Notes: a model not told the origin generated them from the sequence alone. A stretch of DNA of 31,636 bases from Acutalibacteraceae bacterium (GCA_045655925.1 JAZOQD010000146.1:1-31636), one strand, 5' to 3'. Counted from the stretch's first letter, positions 1 through 10,111 are shown. A program made the numbers and translations.

Positions 1-2766
1 CTCTACTACAACCGTTCCACCGCCATCGCCACCCTCGGGACCCATATCAATAATATGGTCGGCAGTTTTGATAACATCAAGGTTATGCTCAATAACTATC
101 ATTGTGTTACCGCCGTCAACAAGACGGTTAAAAACATCAATCAGCCTATGAACATCGGCGGTATGCAGACCCGTTGTTGGTTCGTCCAGGATATAAATAG
201 TTCTACCCGTTGGTCTTTTTGAAAGTTCGGTTGCAAGCTTGACTCTCTGCGCCTCGCCGCCTGAAAGGGTTGTTGCAGGCTGGCCAAGCTTTACATATCC
301 GAGACCGACATCATAAAGAGTTTTAAGCTTTCTATATATCTTGGGATGATTTTCAAAGAAATACATCGCCTCTTCTACCGTCATCTCAAGAACATCGAAT
401 ATACTCTTATCGCGATATTTAACCTCAAGCGTTTCGCGGTTATACCTTGAGCCGTGGCAAACCTCGCAGGGAACATAAATATCAGGCAAGAAGTGCATCT
501 CTATTTTGATGATTCCATCACCCTCGCAGGCTTCGCATCTGCCGCCTCTGACATTAAAGGAAAAACGTCCCGCCGAATAGCCGCGACTTTTAGCGTCCTT
601 AGTCTGAGCAAAAAGCTCTCTTATATCGCCAAAAACTCCCGTATAGGTTGCAGGGTTAGAGCGTGGAGTTCTGCCAATGGGGTCCTGACTTATCTCGATA
701 ACTTTATCAAGATTTTCAATTCCCTTTATCCCCTTATGCTTTCCCCAGACGCGTTTTGCGCCGTTAAGCTCGCAGGACAAGCGTTCATAAAGAATTCGGT
801 TTATAAGCGAGGATTTTCCTGAGCCCGAAACGCCCGTTACGCATATCATTTTGCCAAGAGGGAACTTAACATTTATATTTTTGAGGTTGTTTTCTTCTGC
901 GCCTAAAACCTCAAGATACTGACCGTTGCCCTTTCTCAATGTTGTTGGCACCGGGATTATCTTTCTTCCTGAAAGATAATCGCCTGTTATAGAGGTTTTA
1001 CAGTTGCAAATCTCCTTAGGCGTTCCTGCACAAACAACCTCTCCCCCATGCACACCAGCGCCGGGACCGATATCAACAATCCAGTCGGCAGAAAGCATTG
1101 TTTCCTCATCATGCTCGACCACTATAACGGTGTTTCCAAGGTCGCGCAAGCTCTTCAAGGTTGCAAGCAGGCGGCTGTTATCGCGTTGATGAAGACCAAT
1201 ACTCGGCTCATCAAGAATATAAAGCACGCCCATGAGTGACGAACCAATCTGGGTTGCAAGGCGTATTCTCTGACTCTCGCCGCCCGAAAGTGTTCCCGAA
1301 GCGCGCGAAAGGGTTAAATATTCGAGGCCAACGCTTACTAAAAACTGCAGTCTTGCCTTTATTTCCTTAACAATCGGCTCTGCAATCTTGGTATCGCGAG
1401 TATTTAATTTGAGATTTTCAAAAAACTCGGCGGTTTTTGCAATCTGCATATCGCAAAGCTCTTTTATATTAAGTCCGCCTACCGTAACACCCAAGATTTC
1501 GGGTTTTAGCCTTGCACCATTACATTCGGGGCAAGGACTCTCGGTCATAAGCGCTTCTATTTCATTTCTTGAATAATCGCTGGTTGTTTCTTTATAGCGG
1601 CGCTCGAGATTGTTAACAACGCCCTCGAAAGCAGAATAATAGCTTCCGCCGCCCCATGCAACATTTCTTGTGAACTTGATTTTTTCTTCTGTTCCGTAAA
1701 GAATAATGTTCTTTACTTCTTCCGATAGTTCGCTATAGGGCGCATCAACAGAAAAACCAAAATGCTCGGCAAGACCCTTATAATACATAAGGGCTATTGT
1801 TCCCTGCTCCTTTGCTCCCCAACCGCTTGTTCCCCAGCCGCTAGCTCTGATACAGCCTTCAGCCAATGATTTTGTATCATCGGGAACTAAAAGCATCGGA
1901 TTGATTTTCATAAAGGTTCCAAGCCCTGTGCAATGCGGGCATGCTCCGAACGGGCTGTTAAACGAGAACATTCTCGGCGCCAACTCGGGAACACTTATAT
2001 CGTGCTCAGGGCAGGCATAATTCTCGGAAAAAGTATATTCCTCAGCATCTATGACCGAAACAGTTACAATACCGCCCGAAAGTCTCAGTGCTGTTTCAAT
2101 ACTGTCAGTCAGGCGCTTTATTATCCCCTCTTTAAGAACCAAACGGTCAACAACTATCTCAATAGTATGCTTTTTGGTTTTTTCAAGCTTTATTTCCTCG
2201 GATAAATCATAAATATCGCCATCAACCCTTATTCTGACATATCCGTCCTTACGGGCTTTTTCAATAACCTTCTGATGCTCGCCCTTTTTTGCGCGGATAA
2301 TTGGCGACATTATATAAATTTTATCGCCCTCGCCATGCTCCATTATTCTGTCAACAATCTGGTCAACCGACTGCTTGACAATTTCTCTGTTACAAATGGG
2401 GCAATGCGGAACGCCGATATGCGCATAAAGTAAACGCAAATAATCATAAATCTCGGTTATGGTTCCAACCGTTGAGCGCGGGTTTTTGGAGGTAGTTTTC
2501 TGGTCGATTGAAATAGCGGGAGAAAGACCCTCAATGCTATCAACATCAGGCTTTTCCATCTGACCTAAAAACTGCCTTGCATAGCTTGAAAGCGACTCAA
2601 CATAGCGGCGCTGACCCTCTGCATACAAAGTATCAAAAGCCAACGACGATTTGCCCGAGCCCGAAAGCCCTGTAAACACTATCAGCTTATCTCGCGGAAT
2701 TTCTATATCTATGTTTTTAAGGTTATGCTCTTTGGCACCCTTAACTATTATTTTATCAATAGCCAA
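1..2766 (-). CDS. uvrA: Excinuclease ABC subunit A (UvrA), 3'-truncated by the window edge
   Basis: Missing from the ORF track (no stop in window). Read by hand: TTG at 2766 after a GGAGG RBS gives (M)[26 protein letters not shown], followed by the [26 protein letters not shown] Walker A region. The same frame at the window start reads [19 protein letters not shown], the UvrA C-terminal motif. Confidence 0.97.
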   Translation of the reverse strand, partial: MAIDKIIVKGAKEHNLKNIDIEIPRDKLIVFTGLSGSGKSSLAFDTLYAEGQRRYVESLSSYARQFLGQMEKPDVDSIEGLSPAISIDQKTTSKNPRSTVGTITEIYDYLRLLYAHIGVPHCPICNREIVKQSVDQIVDRIMEHGEGDKIYIMSPIIRAKKGEHQKVIEKARKDGYVRIRVDGDIYDLSEEIKLEKTKKHTIEIVVDRLVLKEGIIKRLTDSIETALRLSGGIVTVSVIDAEEYTFSENYACPEHDISVPELAPRMFSFNSPFGACPHCTGLGTFMKINPMLLVPDDTKSLAEGCIRASGWGTSGWGAKEQGTIALMYYKGLAEHFGFSVDAPYSELSEEVKNIILYGTEEKIKFTRNVAWGGGSYYSAFEGVVNNLERRYKETTSDYSRNEIEALMTESPCPECNGARLKPEILGVTVGGLNIKELCDMQIAKTAEFFENLKLNTRDTKIAEPIVKEIKARLQFLVSVGLEYLTLSRASGTLSGGESQRIRLATQIGSSLMGVLYILDEPSIGLHQRDNSRLLATLKSLRDLGNTVIVVEHDEETMLSADWIVDIGPGAGVHGGEVVCAGTPKEICNCKTSITGDYLSGRKIIPVPTTLRKGNGQYLEVLGAEENNLKNINVKFPLGKMICVTGVSGSGKSSLINRILYERLSCELNGAKRVWGKHKGIKGIENLDKVIEISQDPIGRTPRSNPATYTGVFGDIRELFAQTKDAKSRGYSAGRFSFNVRGGRCEACEGDGIIKIEMHFLPDIYVPCEVCHGSRYNRETLEVKYRDKSIFDVLEMTVEEAMYFFENHPKIYRKLKTLYDVGLGYVKLGQPATTLSGGEAQRVKLATELSKRPTGRTIYILDEPTTGLHTADVHRLIDVFNRLVDGGNTMIVIEHNLDVIKTADHIIDMGPEGGDGGGTVVVE

Positions 2767-2805
2767 GCACTTTTCCTCCGTTTTAGGCATTAAGGTATTT
2801 ATATT

Positions 2806-2834
2806 ATTTTACAATATTTGATTTTAAATGTAAA
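2806..2834 (-). promoter_or_regulatory. Putative sigmaA promoter for uvrA
   Basis: Minus strand TTTACA (2834-2829), 17-nt spacer, TAAAAT (2811-2806). Confidence 0.55.
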
Positions 2835-2896
2835 TCTTTTTCCATAAATTATAAAGTTTGGAAAGGTTTTTAAAAATTTATAGTCCCTATCCCCTA

Positions 2897-2925
2897 TTTA
2901 CAATTTTATTTGATTGTAATATAAT
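2897..2925 (+). promoter_or_regulatory. Putative sigmaA promoter for the M16 peptidase-cysK operon
   Basis: TTTACA (2897-2902), 17-nt spacer, TATAAT (2920-2925). Confidence 0.7.
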
Positions 2926-2952
2926 GATTGTATTGATTAAAGGCGGTGAATT

Positions 2953-4209
2953 ATGGAATTAACGGTTTTAAAGAACGGTCTTAGAGTTGCATTGCAAGAG
3001 GAAAAAGGCTTTCATTCTGCCGCAATCAGTATATTTATAGCGGCCGGCAACCGTTATGAAGAGCCTTTAAACTGCGGTGTTTCTCATTTTATCGAGCATA
3101 TGATTTTTAAAGGCACCATTACCCGCTCTGCCGCTGATATTTCTGCTGAGGCAGATGCCTTGGGCGGCCAATTAAACGCCTATACCGCCAAGGAATATAC
3201 CTGCGTTTATTCGAGAGCTTTAACTGAGCATGTTGGCAGAACTCTGCACTTGATGTGCGATATGCTCAAAAATCCTGCCTTCCAATATGATTGTCTGCAA
3301 TCTGAAAAGGGAGTTATCTTAGAGGAAATCGGTATGTATGAGGACTCGCCTGAGGACCTTTGTGCCGACCTGCTTACCGCCGTTTGCTATAAAAATAAAC
3401 CCTTGGGCTTTAATATTTTAGGAACAAGAGAAACTGTTTTTAATATGACTGATGCTGCTCTGCGCGAGTATATGCGCAAAACCTATGTTCCCGAAAGAAT
3501 GATTGTTTCTGTTTGCGGGAATTTTGACAAAGCAGAGGTTCTTAGCATTTTAGAGCAGTATTTTGGAGATTTGAAAAACACAAACAACCCATTAAAATAT
3601 GAGCAAATTTCAATCAGTGGGGGATTCTCTCTTTGCAAAAAGGATATTGAGCAAACTCAGCTTTCTTTATGCTTTAACGGTCTGCCAATCGGCCATCCTT
3701 TAAGGTTTGCCGCTTCTTATTTCTTGACCATTTCGGGCGGCGCAGCATCTTCAAGGTTAAACCGCCGCATTCGCGAGGAACTCGGAATTGCCTATTCGGC
3801 ATATGCTTTTACCTCAAATTTTTTAGGAACGGGAATGTTTGGTATTTCGGCAGGCCTTTCGCATAAAAATCAGGAGAAATTTTTAGTAGAGGGACTGAAG
3901 ATTATAAACGACACCAAGGTTAACATAACACCTGACGAAATGATGCGCACAAAGGACCAATTTAAAGCCGGTGTTGCACTCTCAAGTGAGAGCCTTTCCT
4001 CTAAGGCTTCCTCTATGGGAAGGCAGCTTCTTTTAGAGAACAAATATAACGATGTAGAAACAACTCTTAGGCACATCGAAAAGGTTACTCTTGAAGAGGT
4101 TTATGAGGCGGCAAGGTTACTTACTGACCCTTCTAAAATCGCTGTATCAGTGGTTGGCGATGCGAGAGATGAAAATTACTATAAAAATATAATTGAAAAA
4201 TACATTTAA
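2953..4209 (+). CDS. M16 family (pitrilysin/insulinase-like) zinc peptidase
   Basis: Inverted zinc motif HFIEH in GVSHFIEHMIFKGT; LNAYTAKEYTC; EKGVILEEI; 418 aa. Confidence 0.92.
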   Translation: MELTVLKNGLRVALQEEKGFHSAAISIFIAAGNRYEEPLNCGVSHFIEHMIFKGTITRSAADISAEADALGGQLNAYTAKEYTCVYSRALTEHVGRTLHLMCDMLKNPAFQYDCLQSEKGVILEEIGMYEDSPEDLCADLLTAVCYKNKPLGFNILGTRETVFNMTDAALREYMRKTYVPERMIVSVCGNFDKAEVLSILEQYFGDLKNTNNPLKYEQISISGGFSLCKKDIEQTQLSLCFNGLPIGHPLRFAASYFLTISGGAASSRLNRRIREELGIAYSAYAFTSNFLGTGMFGISAGLSHKNQEKFLVEGLKIINDTKVNITPDEMMRTKDQFKAGVALSSESLSSKASSMGRQLLLENKYNDVETTLRHIEKVTLEEVYEAARLLTDPSKIAVSVVGDARDENYYKNIIEKYI

Positions 4210-4221
4210 AGGAGAAAAAAT

Positions 4222-5151
4222 ATGCCAAAAAATGTTTACACATCGGTTGAACAACTTATCGGCAACACTCCGCTTTTAGAACTTAAAAATTTGAAGAAGA
4301 ACGAGGGGCTTTATGCAAATGTTTTTGCAAAGCTCGAGTTCTTAAATCCTGCAGGCTCGGTTAAAGACCGCGTTGCATTAGCAATGCTGGATGATGCCGA
4401 AGCACAAGGGTTTTTAAAGCCTGATTCGGTTATTATTGAAGCAACCTCCGGCAATACCGGAATCGGTCTTGCTATGGTAGCATCACTTCGCGGCTACAGA
4501 TGCATTATCGTTATGCCCGATACCATGAGCGAGGAGCGCAGAAAGCTTATGACTGCTTATGGTGCAGAGCTTGTGCTGACCGACGGTAAGAAGGGAATGG
4601 CGGGCTCAATAGAAAAGGCAGAGGAGTTGGCAAGAGAGATTCCGCACAGCTTTATTCCCGACCAATTCTGCAATATGGCTAACCCAAAAGCGCATTATAA
4701 AACAACCGGTCCCGAGGTATATGAAGCTCTTAACGGCGATGTTGATTTCTTTGTTGCAGGCATCGGAACAGGCGGCACAATTTCGGGCGTTGGCGAATTT
4801 TTAAAAGAACAAAACAAGAACATAAAAGTCATTGGAATCGAGCCCGAAAAATCTCCGCTTTTAACTAAAGGTATAGCAGGGCCTCACGGCTTACAGGGAA
4901 TAGGCGCAAACTTTGTTCCCAAAACGCTCAAAAAGGATGTTCTCGACGATATTTTAACCGTTTCTGACGACGAGGCTTTAGAAAACGGAAGGCTTATTGC
5001 AAAGTCTGAAGGAGTGCTTGTTGGAATAAGCTCAGGCGCTGCTTTAGCCGCCGCAATTAAGCTTGCAAAGAACCCCGAAAACGAGGGTAAAAACATCGTA
5101 GTTTTACTCCCTGATACAGGTCTTAGATACCTTTCAACCAACCTTTTTTAA
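4222..5151 (+). CDS. cysK: Cysteine synthase A (O-acetylserine sulfhydrylase)
   Basis: NPAGSVKDR PLP-lysine motif, ATSGNTG, GIGTGGT, QGIGA, GISSGA; 309 aa. Confidence 0.96.
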   Translation: MPKNVYTSVEQLIGNTPLLELKNLKKNEGLYANVFAKLEFLNPAGSVKDRVALAMLDDAEAQGFLKPDSVIIEATSGNTGIGLAMVASLRGYRCIIVMPDTMSEERRKLMTAYGAELVLTDGKKGMAGSIEKAEELAREIPHSFIPDQFCNMANPKAHYKTTGPEVYEALNGDVDFFVAGIGTGGTISGVGEFLKEQNKNIKVIGIEPEKSPLLTKGIAGPHGLQGIGANFVPKTLKKDVLDDILTVSDDEALENGRLIAKSEGVLVGISSGAALAAAIKLAKNPENEGKNIVVLLPDTGLRYLSTNLF

Positions 5152-5173
5152 TATTGAAATTTTTGGTTAACAT

Positions 5174-5209
5174 AAAACCCCGCAGTGAATTTTCACCGCG
5201 GGGTTTTTT
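5174..5209. terminator. Bidirectional intrinsic terminator between convergent cysK and serS
   Basis: AAAACCCCGCaGTGAA-tt-TTCACcGCGGGGTTTTTT: hairpin with A and T tracts on both sides. Confidence 0.85.
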
Positions 5210-5221
5210 ATATGGCTTTTA

Positions 5222-6505
5222 TTACTTTTTGACGATTTTTTCCATTCCACCCATATAAGGACGAAGTGCCTCGGGAATCCTGATGCTTCCGTCTTCCTGG
5301 AGGTTGTTTTCAAGGAATGCAATAAGCATTCTCGGCGGAGCAACAACGGTATTGTTAAGAGTATGAGCGAAATAGTTGCCGTTTTTACCCTTAACTCTGA
5401 TTTTGAGTCTCCTTGCCTGAGCATCCGAAAGGTTCGAGCAAGAACCAACCTCAAAATACTTCTTCTGTCTGGGCGACCATGCCTCAACATCAACCGATTT
5501 AACCTTTAAATCTGCCAAATCGCCCGAGCAGCACTCTAAAGTGCGAACCGGAATGTCAAGCGAACGGAACAAATCAACGGTGTTCTGCCAGAGTTTATCA
5601 AACCACATCGGCGAATCCTCAGGTTTGCATACAACAATCATTTCCTGCTTTTCAAACTGATGAATTCTGTAAACTCCGCGCTCCTCAATACCATGAGCAC
5701 CTTTTTCCTTGCGGAAGCAAGGGGAGTAGCTTGTAAGAGTGTAGGGGAGCTTTTCTTCGGGATTTATAGTATCGATAAACTTACCTATCATACTATGCTC
5801 GCTTGTTCCGATAAGATAAAGGTCCTCTCCCTCGATTTTATACATCATAGCATCCATCTCGGCAAAGCTCATAACGCCGGTAACAACATTTGAACGAATC
5901 ATAAACGGGGGAACGCAGTAGGTAAAGCCGCGGTTTATCATGAAATCACGCGCATACGAGATAACCGCCGAATGAAGACGGGCAATATCTCCCATAAGAT
6001 AATAAAAACCGTTTCCTGCAACCTTTCTTGCACTGTCAAGGTCGATTCCGTCAAACTTCTCCATAATTTCGGTATGGTAGGGGATGGGGAAATCGGGAAC
6101 TACAGGCTCGCCATAGCGCTGAACCTCAACGTTTTCGCTATCATCCTTACCGATAGGAACAGAAGGGTCGATAATATTGGGTATCGACATCATTACTTTT
6201 AACAGCTTTTCTTCATATTCGCCCTCTAAAACCTCAAGCTCGGCAAGCTTTGCGGCAGATTCGGTAACCTTTTTCTTTGCGGCTTCGGCTTCTTCTTTCT
6301 GACCCTTTGCCATAAACATACCAATCTGCTTGGAAACAGCATTTCTCTCGGCTCTTAAGGCGTCAGCCTCGCGCTGAACGCTTCTCTTTTTCTCATCAAG
6401 CTCGATTGCCTCATCAACAAGGCCTAATTTTGCATCCTGAAATTTATTTTTGATGTTTTGTTTTACAATTTCGGGATTTTCGCGGACAAATTTAATATCT
6501 AACAT
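5222..6505 (-). CDS. serS: Serine--tRNA ligase
   Basis: MLDIKFVREN N-terminus, coiled-coil arm, YLIGTSEH, motif 2 FRKEKGAHG..RGVYRIHQFEKQE, EVGSCSN, HTLNNT. Confidence 0.97.
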   Translation of the reverse strand: MLDIKFVRENPEIVKQNIKNKFQDAKLGLVDEAIELDEKKRSVQREADALRAERNAVSKQIGMFMAKGQKEEAEAAKKKVTESAAKLAELEVLEGEYEEKLLKVMMSIPNIIDPSVPIGKDDSENVEVQRYGEPVVPDFPIPYHTEIMEKFDGIDLDSARKVAGNGFYYLMGDIARLHSAVISYARDFMINRGFTYCVPPFMIRSNVVTGVMSFAEMDAMMYKIEGEDLYLIGTSEHSMIGKFIDTINPEEKLPYTLTSYSPCFRKEKGAHGIEERGVYRIHQFEKQEMIVVCKPEDSPMWFDKLWQNTVDLFRSLDIPVRTLECCSGDLADLKVKSVDVEAWSPRQKKYFEVGSCSNLSDAQARRLKIRVKGKNGNYFAHTLNNTVVAPPRMLIAFLENNLQEDGSIRIPEALRPYMGGMEKIVKK

Positions 6506-6548
6506 TTTTAAAACTCCTTATAATATATGTAACAAGATAAAATCTTGA

Positions 6549-7394
6549 TTATTGTTCTCCTGAAAGCTTGGAAGCCAAATCAAACAGGTCTTCATCACTG
6601 AAAAACTCTATTGTTAATGTTCCGCGCTTGCCGTTGCCGGCTATTTTAACCTTTCTACCTATCTGCGAAGCTAAGGCCGATTCGGTTTCAACATAGATTT
6701 TATTCTTTATATTGGGTTTTTTAACCGTAATTCCCGGTTTCTGATGCCTTGAAATGCGCTCAATCTCGCGGACAGACGCGCCGTTTTTAGCAAGTAAAAA
6801 GGCTTCCTTGCGAATTTCCTCATCATTTATTGCTAAAAGCGCTCTTGCGTGGCCTGAGGTTATTTCTCCCGCAACAAGTGCATCCTGTTCCTCTTTTGAA
6901 AGGCCTAAAAGCCTTAAAGCGTTTGCAACTGCAGAGCGCGATTTGCCTATTTTTAAAGCAACCTGCTCCTGAGTCAGCCCATAAGACTCCATAAGCATTT
7001 TATAGCCCAAGGCTTCTTCAATCGGGTTTAAATCCTCGCGCTGCAGGTTCTCAATAAGCGCTATTGCCTGAACCTCAGCGTCCTCCAGCTGCTTTATAAC
7101 AACGGGCACCTTTTCTAAGCCTGCCAAACGGCTTGCTCTCCAACGGCGCTCGCCTGCAACAATCTGATAACTTCCGTCATCCAGAGGGCGAACAAGCAAG
7201 GGTTGGATAACGCCATGCTCCTTGATGCTCTCGGAAAGTTCGCGTAACGCGTCATCAGCGAACTTTTTACGGGGCTGTTCGCGGTTAGGAACGATTTGGG
7301 ATAATCTTAGTTCAGTTGAGGGCTTGGCTTCGACCGTGTTCTCGGAAAACAGCGAATCAAATCCGCGACCGAGACCGCCTTTTTTAACTGCCAT
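6549..7394 (-). CDS. parB: Chromosome partitioning protein ParB/Spo0J
   Basis: GLGRGFDSL N-terminus, PNREQPRK, GERRWRA CTPase motif, ENLQREDLNPIEEA, HTH with SRSAVANALRLL. Confidence 0.97.
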   Translation of the reverse strand: MAVKKGGLGRGFDSLFSENTVEAKPSTELRLSQIVPNREQPRKKFADDALRELSESIKEHGVIQPLLVRPLDDGSYQIVAGERRWRASRLAGLEKVPVVIKQLEDAEVQAIALIENLQREDLNPIEEALGYKMLMESYGLTQEQVALKIGKSRSAVANALRLLGLSKEEQDALVAGEITSGHARALLAINDEEIRKEAFLLAKNGASVREIERISRHQKPGITVKKPNIKNKIYVETESALASQIGRKVKIAGNGKRGTLTIEFFSDEDLFDLASKLSGEQ

Positions 7395-7416
7395 ATTCTT
7401 TCTCCTTTAAATAAGG

Positions 7417-8190
7417 TTATTTCTTATTGCGATTTCTTTTTATAAACTCTTTAGCGAGCGCATTATAGCTATCGGTTCCGCGGCTTCTTTTATCATAATA
7501 CTGTATAGGTTTGCCAAAGCTTGGCGCCTCAGAAAGCCTGACAGCGCGCGGAATTGCGGTTTTATAAAGCTCGGCGGCAAAGTATTTTTTAAGCTCACCG
7601 ACAACCTGATTGGTTAAATTGAGGCGCGGGTCAAACATAGTAAGCACAACGCCCTCTAAATAAAGCTCAGGATTATAGCTGATTTTAATCTGCCGAACCG
7701 TGTTCATTAGCTGGGAAAGGCCTTCCATTGCATAGTATTCGCACTGAATAGGCACCAAAAATGAATCAGCCGCAGTAAGAGCATTAACTGTTATCAAACC
7801 CAACGACGGCGGACAATCAATTAAAATATAATCATAATCATCTCTTATAAGCGAAAGCGCAGTTTTTAACTGATTTTCACGATGAGGAATGTTTATAAGC
7901 TCAATTTCTGCGCCCGCGAGGTCAATATTTGCGGGGATAACCGAAACATTTTGGAATTCGGTTACAACCGTTGCCGATTTTGCGCCTGCGCCAGTTACAA
8001 GTAAATCATAGCTTGAAACAACAGCATCGCGCTTATCAATTCCCATTCCGCTGGTTGAATTGCCCTGAGGGTCGGCATCTATGAGCAAGACCTTTTTGCC
8101 GCAAATACCTATTCCTGCGGCGAGATTGACGGCGGGTGTAGTCTTTCCGACACCGCCTTTTTGGTTTATAACTGCAACGATTTTGCCCAT
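7417..8190 (-). CDS. parA: Chromosome partitioning ATPase ParA/Soj
   Basis: NQKGGVGKT deviant Walker A, DADPQGN, IDCPPSLG, IPRAVRLSEAPSFG. Start placed at ATG 8190 (after GGAGGTGA RBS) rather than the track's 8208. Confidence 0.96.
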   Translation of the reverse strand: MGKIVAVINQKGGVGKTTPAVNLAAGIGICGKKVLLIDADPQGNSTSGMGIDKRDAVVSSYDLLVTGAGAKSATVVTEFQNVSVIPANIDLAGAEIELINIPHRENQLKTALSLIRDDYDYILIDCPPSLGLITVNALTAADSFLVPIQCEYYAMEGLSQLMNTVRQIKISYNPELYLEGVVLTMFDPRLNLTNQVVGELKKYFAAELYKTAIPRAVRLSEAPSFGKPIQYYDKRSRGTDSYNALAKEFIKRNRNKK

Positions 8191-8219
8191 TTTTTCACCT
8201 CCGGACACTCGATATAACT

Positions 8220-8248
8220 ATTATAATGAGCCTTTACGGTTTTGTAAA
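8220..8248 (-). promoter_or_regulatory. Putative sigmaA promoter for parA-parB-serS
   Basis: Minus strand TTTACA (8248-8243), 17-nt spacer, TATAAT (8225-8220). Confidence 0.7.
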
Positions 8249-8271
8249 GAGTAAAATCGACAAAAAAGCGA

Positions 8272-8287
8272 TGTTTCACGTGAAACA
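8272..8287. promoter_or_regulatory. parS centromere site 1
   Basis: Perfect palindrome TGTTTCACGTGAAACA matching the Firmicute parS consensus, upstream of parA. Confidence 0.93.
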
Positions 8288-8299
8288 TTGCTTTTTGAT

Positions 8300-8665
8300 T
8301 TATTTGATTTTCGGTCGAGATATCAACGACGCAATAAGTCCGAACAACATAGCTGCGGTTATTCCGCCTGCCGTTGCAGTAAGTCCACCTGTCAACGCTC
8401 CGAGTAACCCGTATTCCTCAACCGCCTTTTGAACTCCTTTAGCCAACGTATAACCAAAGCCCGTGAGCGGAACACTTGCGCCTGCGCCCGCAAAATCGGC
8501 AAAAGGCTCATAAATTCCGATTGCAGTCAAGATAACGCCCGAAACAACATAAGAAACGAGTATTCTCGCCGGGGTTAGTTTTGTTTTATCAATTAAAATC
8601 TGTCCTATGAGGCAGATAATTCCGCCCGTCCAAAAGGCGTTAAGGCAAGAAATTGCAATTTCCAT
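8300..8665 (-). CDS. spoVAE: Stage V sporulation protein AE (SpoVAC/SpoVAEB family)
   Basis: GGIICLIGQILIDKTKLTPARILV and FAGAGASVPLTGFGY..LAKGV are SpoVAE signatures; 121 aa, hydrophobic. Confidence 0.9.
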   Translation of the reverse strand: MEIAISCLNAFWTGGIICLIGQILIDKTKLTPARILVSYVVSGVILTAIGIYEPFADFAGAGASVPLTGFGYTLAKGVQKAVEEYGLLGALTGGLTATAGGITAAMLFGLIASLISRPKIK

Positions 8666-8679
8666 TTCATTTTCTCCTT

Positions 8680-8695
8680 TGTTTCACGTGAAACA
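8680..8695. promoter_or_regulatory. parS centromere site 2
   Basis: Second perfect TGTTTCACGTGAAACA, between the upstream gene's stop (8696-8698) and the spoVAE RBS. Confidence 0.93.
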
Positions 8696-10111
8696 TCAAT
8701 GCACTGCGTTTTTGCCCGCAATGCTTCTTCTGATAAATATTTTAACGAATTTCTTAGGCGAAAAGGGAATAATGGGGTAGAGATAACCTCTTCCGCTCAA
8801 GGTTTTTGAGCACGCCGCGACAGTAAGCGCTAAAGCAATTCCTGCGCCAAATCCCCAGAAGCCGAAGAATTGCGAAAGTATAAGAATGAAAATTCGGCTA
8901 AATTTCATAGCATATCCCATTTCGAAGCTTGGTTGCGCATAGGAAGCAATAGCCACAAACGCCATATAAATAACCGTTTCCGATACAAACCAGCCCGCAT
9001 TTATCGCAAACTCGCTTAATATCAGTCCGCCTATAATGCCAAGGGAATTAGAGAGGGTGTTCGGTGTGTTGAGCGACGCCATTCGCAACCCGTCTATCAG
9101 GAATTCCAGCAATAAAAACTGCGCAAAAAAAGGTATCATATACTCTTCTTTGGTTGCAACGAACGACAGCCAATCGGGCAAAATATCAGGATTGTTCATT
9201 AAAATCAACGCTAAAGGCGTTAAAACGACAGTTAAAATCGAAACTATGAATCTCAAAATTCTAACATAGGTTCCCGTAAGCGGCGGAAAATAGTAATCAT
9301 CGGTTTCCTTCATGAAATCGGCGATGGAGTTAGGAAAAATCATTACCGACGGGGAATTGTCCATAACAAGCAGTATTTTTCCCTCTAACAGACAAGCGCT
9401 GGCAAAATCAGGCCGCTCGGTAAATCTAACTTTAGGGAAAGGGTTGAAAAAGGCGGTTGGAACAAGCACCTCAACCAACGCCTGTGAGGTCATCGATATT
9501 CCCGAAAGAGTAACTTCGGATAACCGCTTTTTGAGCTTTTGAACAACCGTTTTATCCGCAAGTCCCTCAATATAAGAAACCGCAATATCAACTTTTGAAC
9601 TTCTTCCTACCTGCATATACTCCATTCTTAATTTCGGGTCACGAATGCGGCGGCGAATCATCGCGGTGTTAAAAATAAAAGTTTCAACAAAGCCATCCCT
9701 TGAGCCGCGCAATGAGCGGTCCTTCTCGGGCTCGCCAACTGAACGAACGGGATAGGTTCGAGTGTCGACAAGTAACGCGTCATTTATACCATCTATGATA
9801 ATCGCGGTCTGACCTGACAAAACCGCAGAAACAATGAGGCTTTCGTCGCTTTCAAAGCAAACCTCAACATACGGAGTGAAGGCTTTTGAAAAAACCTCCA
9901 TGTCTGCTGTTTTTGAAAGTTGCTTTGGCGTTATTCTATAAAAGAACTCAAGTATTTTTTCAAACACCTCGTCCTTTATAAAACCATCAATAAAAATCAT
10001 AACGGCTTCTCTTTCGCCGATTATCAGTTCTCTTTTTACTATGTCAAAATTCTTATCCACAGCAAGCGTTTTGCAAAGCGAGTCAACATCTCGCTTGAAA
10101 TTTCCGGTCAT
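8696..10111 (-). CDS. GerA-family A-subunit / SpoVAF-like spore germination protein
   Basis: RTYPVRSVGEPEKDRSLRGSRDGFVETFIFNTAMIRRRIRD, FPKVRFTERPD, hydrophobic C-terminal helices. Start placed at ATG 10111 (after GGAGG) rather than 10150. Confidence 0.88.
   Translation of the reverse strand: MTGNFKRDVDSLCKTLAVDKNFDIVKRELIIGEREAVMIFIDGFIKDEVFEKILEFFYRITPKQLSKTADMEVFSKAFTPYVEVCFESDESLIVSAVLSGQTAIIIDGINDALLVDTRTYPVRSVGEPEKDRSLRGSRDGFVETFIFNTAMIRRRIRDPKLRMEYMQVGRSSKVDIAVSYIEGLADKTVVQKLKKRLSEVTLSGISMTSQALVEVLVPTAFFNPFPKVRFTERPDFASACLLEGKILLVMDNSPSVMIFPNSIADFMKETDDYYFPPLTGTYVRILRFIVSILTVVLTPLALILMNNPDILPDWLSFVATKEEYMIPFFAQFLLLEFLIDGLRMASLNTPNTLSNSLGIIGGLILSEFAINAGWFVSETVIYMAFVAIASYAQPSFEMGYAMKFSRIFILILSQFFGFWGFGAGIALALTVAACSKTLSGRGYLYPIIPFSPKKFVKIFIRRSIAGKNAVH

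Noticed and set aside
454-2205. Plus-strand track ORFs at 454-822, 1004-1189, 1048-1239, 1388-1576 and 1933-2205
   Set aside because: They are antisense shadows of uvrA, which occupies the whole minus strand here. They have no RBS or recognisable motifs.
8256-8262. Spo0A-box-like TGTCGAT (minus strand) between parS1 and the parA -35
   Set aside because: One mismatch in a 7-mer and a single copy; too weak.
10053-10061. Perfect DnaA box TTATCCACA inside the GerA/SpoVAF-like gene
   Set aside because: A single 9-mer in coding sequence about 9 kb from dnaA, with no cluster. This is plausible by chance in 31 kb.
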